DNA of 32,000 nucleotides from Clostridiales bacterium (GTDB taxonomy: Bacteria > Bacillota > Clostridia > Christensenellales > Aristaeellaceae), in NCBI GenBank assembly GCA_004556155.1, contig SFIM01000005.1:64161-96160 (forward strand), given 5' to 3'. The first letter of the stretch is position 1. Each line of letters starts with the position of its first letter. Shown piece after piece: positions 27,310 to 32,000 of the stretch. The position numbers and the translations under genes were made by a program. A model generated the notes under the pieces. The model did not search any database. It had not been told where the DNA came from and saw nothing but the letters and a program-made list of their open reading frames with translations.

Positions 27310-28302
27310 CTACTTCCACATTTGCACAATATCCACAGCTTTGAAATAGTGATTGATGATTTCCTGCGCCGTTTTGCCATTTTCCGCCATGCCATAGGCG
27401 CCCCACTGGGACATTCCCACCCCATGGCCATAGCCGCGGCCGGACAACGCAAGCGTTCCATCCGAATAGGCAATATGGGTCAGCAGCGTTGATTTCATCT
27501 TGGTGCTGCCAATGGCGATACGGAATTCATTGGCCGAAACAGGCTGGCCGTTCAGCAGGATTTCTCCTACCCGGCCGCTGTCGTCCTTGGCTCCGGCCTG
27601 TACCGTTTCAATGCCGCCGTCCAGCTTCAACCCCGCATCGGCGACAGCCTGGATGACCTCCGCCTCCGTAAACTGCGTCGACCACTGCGCCGCATCCTGC
27701 GGAGCGCTTTCGCTCTCGTTGCCGTCCGTCACCTGGGTATAGGGCGCAGCCTGCTGATAATCCAGCCCGTTTTCCGCCGTATCGGTTTTGCCGCCCGAAT
27801 GGGCATGGAACCAGGCGTATATTGGCTCGTTCTGATAGCAGGCCACCATGCCGCGCGTATCCTTGACTGCCGCGCGGATGCGCTCGTTCACGCCCTCCGC
27901 ATCGTAGGCCTGGGCTTCGCGGATATCGGTAGAGATATCCGCGCCCTCGTACATGCTTTTCTTTTCCATCAGAAATTTCAGCACAAACGTTCGAGCCAGG
28001 ATAGCCTGAGCCTTGAGCGCCTCCTCGGGCCAGTCGTTTTTCATCTCACCCGCCAGCACGCCGCCAAGGTATTCCTCCAGACCCATTTCGTCGATCTTAT
28101 CCTCTGACTGCACATAGACGTTCAGCACGGGCACGCCGTTCTGATCTACGCGGATATCCTCCGGCAGCTGGGGAAGATTGGCGTCTTGCGGCGCTTCCGT
28201 GGCCGCATCGGGCGTGGGCGAAGGCTGCATATCGCCGCCTGCGCAGGCTGTGCAGGCAAGGGCCAGGCACAGCAGAAAGGATAGTAGTACAGCTTTCTTC
28301 AT
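27310..28302 (-). CDS. spoIID: Stage II sporulation protein D (SpoIID/LytB-domain lytic transglycosylase), lipoprotein
   Basis: Lipobox-type signal MKKAVLLSFLLCLALACTAC. SpoIID blocks EEALKAQAILARTF, AWFHAHSGGKT and GRGYGHGVGMSQWGAYGMA. Confidence 0.9.
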   Translation of the reverse strand: MKKAVLLSFLLCLALACTACAGGDMQPSPTPDAATEAPQDANLPQLPEDIRVDQNGVPVLNVYVQSEDKIDEMGLEEYLGGVLAGEMKNDWPEEALKAQAILARTFVLKFLMEKKSMYEGADISTDIREAQAYDAEGVNERIRAAVKDTRGMVACYQNEPIYAWFHAHSGGKTDTAENGLDYQQAAPYTQVTDGNESESAPQDAAQWSTQFTEAEVIQAVADAGLKLDGGIETVQAGAKDDSGRVGEILLNGQPVSANEFRIAIGSTKMKSTLLTHIAYSDGTLALSGRGYGHGVGMSQWGAYGMAENGKTAQEIINHYFKAVDIVQMWK

Positions 28303-28376
28303 TTAAACAATCCGCCTCCTGTATGCGTAGTATGCCCATTGAACACTTCGGCATGCAGAAGGCGGAAATTTGATTT

Positions 28377-29756
28377 TTATCTTCTCAGTCCCAGCAGCGT
28401 AATCGCCTGCGCCAGTGTTTTCACAGGAGTCAGCTCCACGCCTTCGGGCAGATGCAAGCGTTTAACAGAATCCGCCGGACACATGATATGTCGGAAGCCC
28501 AGCCGCACGCACTCGTTGATGCGGCGCTCCATCTGCGTGATGGCGCGGATCTCGCCCGTCAGGCCCACCTCGCCCATCACGGCCAGGTCGCTGGGCAGCG
28601 GACTATCAGACAAGGAGGAAGCCACCGCCACGCACAGCGGCAGATCAACCGCAGGCTCAGACAGCGACAGGCCGCCAGCGACGTTAACATATACGTCCTG
28701 ATTGTACATGCGCAGGCCCGCGCGCTTTTCCAGTACCGCCAGCAGCAGCGCCACGCGCGCCTGATCCGCGCCGTTGACCGTTCTGCGCGGCACGGCGTAA
28801 AAGGACTGCGCCGCCAGCGCCTGCAGATCCACCAGCATCGGGCGGCTGCCCTCCATGCAGCAAAACACCACCGAGCCGCTGGCCCCCGAGGCACGATGCG
28901 ATATCAGCGTTTCGGATGCGTTTTCAACGGGCATCATGCCCTCGCCCGTCATCTCAAACATGCCCAGCTCATTGACCGAGCCGAAGCGGTTTTTGACCGC
29001 GCGCAGCAGACGATACTCATGCTGATAGTCGCCTTCAAAGTACAGCACCACATCCACCATGTGCTCCAGCACGCGGGGGCCGGCAATCGCACCCTCCTTG
29101 GTGACATGCCCCACCAGGATGATGGCGCAGCCGTTGGTCTTGGCATAACGCATCAGCACCGCCGCGCTTTCACGCACCTGGCTGACGCTGCCCGGCGCGC
29201 TGGCAAGGTCAGGGCGGTACATGGTCTGGATGGAGTCGATCACGGCGAAATCCGGCTGGATGGTATTGAGCTTTTCCTCAATCGCGTCCATGGCGTTTTC
29301 GGCCAGCACCAGAATCTCCTCATGCCCCACGCCCAGGCGGTCGGCGCGCAGGCGAATCTGCCGTGTGCTTTCCTCACCCGTTACATACAGCACACGCTTG
29401 CCCATGCGCGCCATGCGCGCGCACACCTGCAGCAGCAGCGTGCTTTTGCCCACGCCCGGCTCGCCGCCCACCAGCATCAGCGAGCCCTCCACAATGCCGC
29501 CGCCCAGCACGCGGTCAAACTCGCCGATGCCGGTAGGCTCGTGCGTCTGCGCACCCGCCTCGATCTCATAGATCTTCTGCGCCTGCGCGCCGGTGCCGCC
29601 GCGCTGCTTCTGCGGCTTGGGCGCGATGGCCGATACAGCCTGAGGCGCGGTTTCCTCCAGCGTATTCCAGCTTTCGCAGGATGGGCATTTGCCATACCAG
29701 CGCGGGGATTCATATCCGCAGGCGGAGCAGACAAAAATGGTCTTTGGTTTGGGCAT
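28377..29756 (-). CDS. radA: DNA repair protein RadA/Sms
   Basis: Zinc finger CSACGYESPRWYGKCPSCESW, Walker A GGEPGVGKSTLLLQ, the KNRFG motif, and a Lon-like C-terminal domain. Confidence 0.95.
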   Translation of the reverse strand: MPKPKTIFVCSACGYESPRWYGKCPSCESWNTLEETAPQAVSAIAPKPQKQRGGTGAQAQKIYEIEAGAQTHEPTGIGEFDRVLGGGIVEGSLMLVGGEPGVGKSTLLLQVCARMARMGKRVLYVTGEESTRQIRLRADRLGVGHEEILVLAENAMDAIEEKLNTIQPDFAVIDSIQTMYRPDLASAPGSVSQVRESAAVLMRYAKTNGCAIILVGHVTKEGAIAGPRVLEHMVDVVLYFEGDYQHEYRLLRAVKNRFGSVNELGMFEMTGEGMMPVENASETLISHRASGASGSVVFCCMEGSRPMLVDLQALAAQSFYAVPRRTVNGADQARVALLLAVLEKRAGLRMYNQDVYVNVAGGLSLSEPAVDLPLCVAVASSLSDSPLPSDLAVMGEVGLTGEIRAITQMERRINECVRLGFRHIMCPADSVKRLHLPEGVELTPVKTLAQAITLLGLRR

Positions 29757-29844
29757 TGCGCAAGCCTCCTTCTACAGCTTTGTTTAATTCGCCTTGTTCC
29801 CCGCTTTTTCCTGCTGTTTTTACAAGATCGCCCGCTATTTTCCA

Positions 29845-29873
29845 TTGCCATCCCCCCTGCGATTGGCTATAAT
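29845..29873 (+). promoter_or_regulatory. Sigma-A-type promoter of the metallophosphoesterase gene
   Basis: TTGCCA (29845-29850), 17-nt spacer, TATAAT (29868-29873). Confidence 0.6.
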
Positions 29874-29903
29874 AAAGCGGTATTACTAAAGGAGCCTGAA
29901 CGC

Positions 29904-30974
29904 ATGCGCAAAAGCCGTTCCCTGTTTACCGACGCCAAGCCCCGCCGCACTGGCGCGCTGGTGTATCCCATGCTGCTGATTCTGCTGCTGGCCGTGATTG
30001 TCGCGCTCAACTTTGTCAACAACGGCCGCGTGAAGCTGTTAAATGAGGATGTAACCATCACATCCCTAAGCAAGGATCTGGAGAAGTTCCGCATCCTGCA
30101 CATCAGCGATCTGCACGGCAACGAATACGGCGCGAATCAATCCACCATCTCCACCATGCTGAAAACCGCGCGCTACAACGCCGTGTGCATCACGGGCGAC
30201 GTATGCGCGCCGGATGGCAATTACGACGCTTTTCTTAAGCTGATCGACGTATTTGCCGGGCGCGTGCCGGTATACTTTGTTGCGGGCGATGAGGATCCCG
30301 CGCCCATTGCCGCGCAGCCCAATACGCCCGAGCGCGTAAAGGCCGATTATGTGCTGGCTGCCGAGGAGCACGGCGCGATTTATCTGGATTCCCCTCAAAA
30401 GCTGACCGTAGGCAAAAGCGCCGTCTGGTTCTGCCCGGAATCCATGTACGGGCTGGATATCGATTCCTCCCGTGCGGCTTATCAGGCGCGCCACACGGCG
30501 TTGACCAATCAGCCGCAGAACACCCCAGAGCAGGCCGCGCAGCTTCAGGTGATTGACTATCAGCTTGCTGTGCTGGATCAAATTGATGCTGCAATGAAGG
30601 AGATGCAGGATTCGGATGTGCAGATTGCGTTGACACATCATCCGTTGACTGAAACCACCATCAAAACCCTGCAGCAATGGTCAGGCAGCGAGGAGAACGC
30701 CTTTTTGCGCAGCGTGTCGCTGGTGCTGGCCGGGCACTACTGCGGCGGCCAGGTGCGCGTGCCCTTTGCCGGCGCGCTCAAGGCGCCGGATTCCGCCAAC
30801 ATCAGCGGCTGGTTTCCGCAGGATAACCTGATCCAGGGGCTGAGCACCATTCAGGGCGTTACGCAGTATATCAGCCCCGGGCTTGGCGTATCGGATGCTT
30901 ATCCAATCCCGCTGCGTATGTTCAACACCCCGTCCATTACCATTCTGACCTTAACCAGTGTACTGAAATTCTAA
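29904..30974 (+). CDS. Membrane-anchored calcineurin-like metallophosphoesterase (YkuE/COG1408-like) with substituted active-site motifs
   Basis: N-terminal TM helix. ILHISDLHG (motif I), ITGDVC (motif II), LTHHP, and LAGHYCGGQVRVP. ATG 29904 follows AAAGGAG. The ORF-track start at 28452 is antisense to radA. Confidence 0.8.
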   Translation: MRKSRSLFTDAKPRRTGALVYPMLLILLLAVIVALNFVNNGRVKLLNEDVTITSLSKDLEKFRILHISDLHGNEYGANQSTISTMLKTARYNAVCITGDVCAPDGNYDAFLKLIDVFAGRVPVYFVAGDEDPAPIAAQPNTPERVKADYVLAAEEHGAIYLDSPQKLTVGKSAVWFCPESMYGLDIDSSRAAYQARHTALTNQPQNTPEQAAQLQVIDYQLAVLDQIDAAMKEMQDSDVQIALTHHPLTETTIKTLQQWSGSEENAFLRSVSLVLAGHYCGGQVRVPFAGALKAPDSANISGWFPQDNLIQGLSTIQGVTQYISPGLGVSDAYPIPLRMFNTPSITILTLTSVLKF

Positions 30975-30980
30975 TCATGC

Positions 30981-31016
30981 AAAAAGCCCTCCTGGGATTT
31001 TCCGAGAGGGCTTTTT
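30981..31016. terminator. Bidirectional terminator between the metallophosphoesterase and sulfatase genes
   Basis: AAAAAGCCCTC (30981-30991) pairs perfectly with GAGGGCTTTTT (31006-31016). Confidence 0.8.
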
Positions 31017-31027
31017 CATATTCACTA

Positions 31028-32000
31028 TTAGCGGCTGTATTCTGTCTGACTAACCGGTGAGAACGTCACCTGGCCGTTGGATTCCTTGCCCAAGCGGCAA
31101 AGCTGGCCGCGGCCGCAGACAGGCTCGCGCGCGCCATCGATTTCAGGGTTTACATAACGGGCGAACCAGTCGTCCAGCATGGCCTTCATCTCGGCCGCCT
31201 TGGCTTCGATAAACTTGGGGCCATAGAAGAAGCAGCGGTTTTCTTCCAGCAGGTTAAACTGCTCACGCTCATCATGCACCAGATCGTATAGCTCATGCGG
31301 GCCGTAGGGATAACGATGGATGTACTTCCATTCCTTGGTGCGGATCATGCGGTTGGGACCGTACTCGTCAAAGACGGTGATCGCCTCATGATACTCCTCC
31401 GAGGCGTCGCTGAGCAGCAGGTTCTTAAAGCTCCGTCCGGGCAGCTCCGCAGCTTCCGGATTCTCGTAGCCCAACAGATCCAGGAGCGTAGGCATAAAGT
31501 CGTAAGCAGAAAGCAAGCTGTCCGTCTTTACGCCCGCGCGGATAACGCCGGGGAAATTGAAGATGCAAGGCACCTTCACGGCAGTATCAAACAGATTGAG
31601 CGGGAAGGTCGCATTGCCCTTGCCCCATACACCATGCTGGCCGCAGCTGAAGCCGTTATCGCTGGTATAGACGATCAGCGTGTTATCGCGGATGCCCTTT
31701 TCTTCCAGCTTGGCCACGATTCTGCCCACGCTGTCATCCACGCCCTGCACAGCCGCATAGTAGCCGCTGAGCAGATCGCGCAGCGTCAGAAACTCCCTGC
31801 TCTTATCCGCAAAGGTCAGGCTGTAAGCGATGTCGTGCGGAAACTGAATGCTGCCTGGGCTGCGCTTATCCTGGGGAACGTCGGCGAAGGTGCAGTTGTT
31901 ATAATAGTAATCGACATATTCCTTTTTGTGCTGATCCACATGCGGGCTGTGCGGCGCGGTGAAGGAAAGGTTGAGATAGAACGGCTCGTCCTTATCCGCG
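31028..32000 (-). CDS. Sulfatase-family protein, C-terminal part (the 5' end lies beyond the window)
   Basis: The reading frame stays open to the window edge. Translation upstream of the ORF-track start reads ...DKDEPFYLNLSFTAPHSPHVDQHKKEY. YTSDNGFSCGQHGVWGKG is a typical sulfatase block. The N-terminal Cys/Ser-x-Pro-x-Arg active site is outside the window. Confidence 0.8.
   Translation of the reverse strand, partial: ADKDEPFYLNLSFTAPHSPHVDQHKKEYVDYYYNNCTFADVPQDKRSPGSIQFPHDIAYSLTFADKSREFLTLRDLLSGYYAAVQGVDDSVGRIVAKLEEKGIRDNTLIVYTSDNGFSCGQHGVWGKGNATFPLNLFDTAVKVPCIFNFPGVIRAGVKTDSLLSAYDFMPTLLDLLGYENPEAAELPGRSFKNLLLSDASEEYHEAITVFDEYGPNRMIRTKEWKYIHRYPYGPHELYDLVHDEREQFNLLEENRCFFYGPKFIEAKAAEMKAMLDDWFARYVNPEIDGAREPVCGRGQLCRLGKESNGQVTFSPVSQTEYSR

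Noticed and set aside
27209-27406. A 65-aa minus-strand ORF overlapping the spoIID 3' end and the intergenic palindromes.
   Set aside because: It has no RBS, is out of frame with spoIID over most of its length, and its remainder is the promoter/operator region.
28328-28334. A sigma-E-like -10 element (CATACTA on the minus strand) upstream of spoIID. In Bacillus spoIID is sigma-E dependent.
   Set aside because: The element lies only about 8 nt from the RBS. No acceptable -35 (ATATT-like) sits at the right distance; the only TCAAATT is about 32 nt away. The match is too short to distinguish from chance.

Overview
This is a GC-rich chromosomal segment from a spore-forming Firmicute, probably a high-GC member of the Clostridia. 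It is densely packed with core housekeeping genes.

Gene order:
- phoH, pgpH (yqfF-type HD phosphohydrolase), a ybeY::cdd single reading frame, era, and a polytopic membrane protein.
- A PurBox-bearing promoter, then a nucleoside-type (BMP/COG3845-class) ABC ATPase and two permeases.
- An Ile T-box leader, then ileS (type 2), an RlmI-like methyltransferase, an RluA-family pseudouridine synthase and tgt.
- An Ala T-box leader, then an unusually short alaS, a terminator and a Nudix hydrolase.
- On the minus strand, an aldehyde dehydrogenase, facing an inositol-monophosphatase-family gene on the plus strand.
- A minus-strand block of radA, spoIID, and then a family-5 solute-binding protein, an OppB-like permease, an OppC-like permease and alr.
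- A membrane-anchored metallophosphoesterase on the plus strand, and the 3' part of a sulfatase gene on the minus strand running off the window.

I found no rRNA or tRNA genes, CRISPR arrays, transposases, integrases, phage genes or recognisable defence genes. I also see no convincing novel multi-gene system. The observations most worth following up are:
1. An Opp-type importer operon that lacks ATPase genes, ends in alanine racemase, and has a permease with a large extracytoplasmic insertion containing an SH3b-like segment.
2. A stop-less ybeY-cdd fusion that keeps an internal ribosome-binding site and ATG.
3. A T-box-controlled AlaRS of 656 aa that lacks the C-Ala domain and part of the editing region.
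4. A perfect Bacillus-type PurBox operator on an ABC operon that has no binding-protein gene.
5. A metallophosphoesterase with substituted metal-binding motifs.

The many long ORFs antisense to these genes, including one of 1851 aa, are codon-bias shadows and not genes.

All domain calls are from reading motifs by eye. No database search was run.
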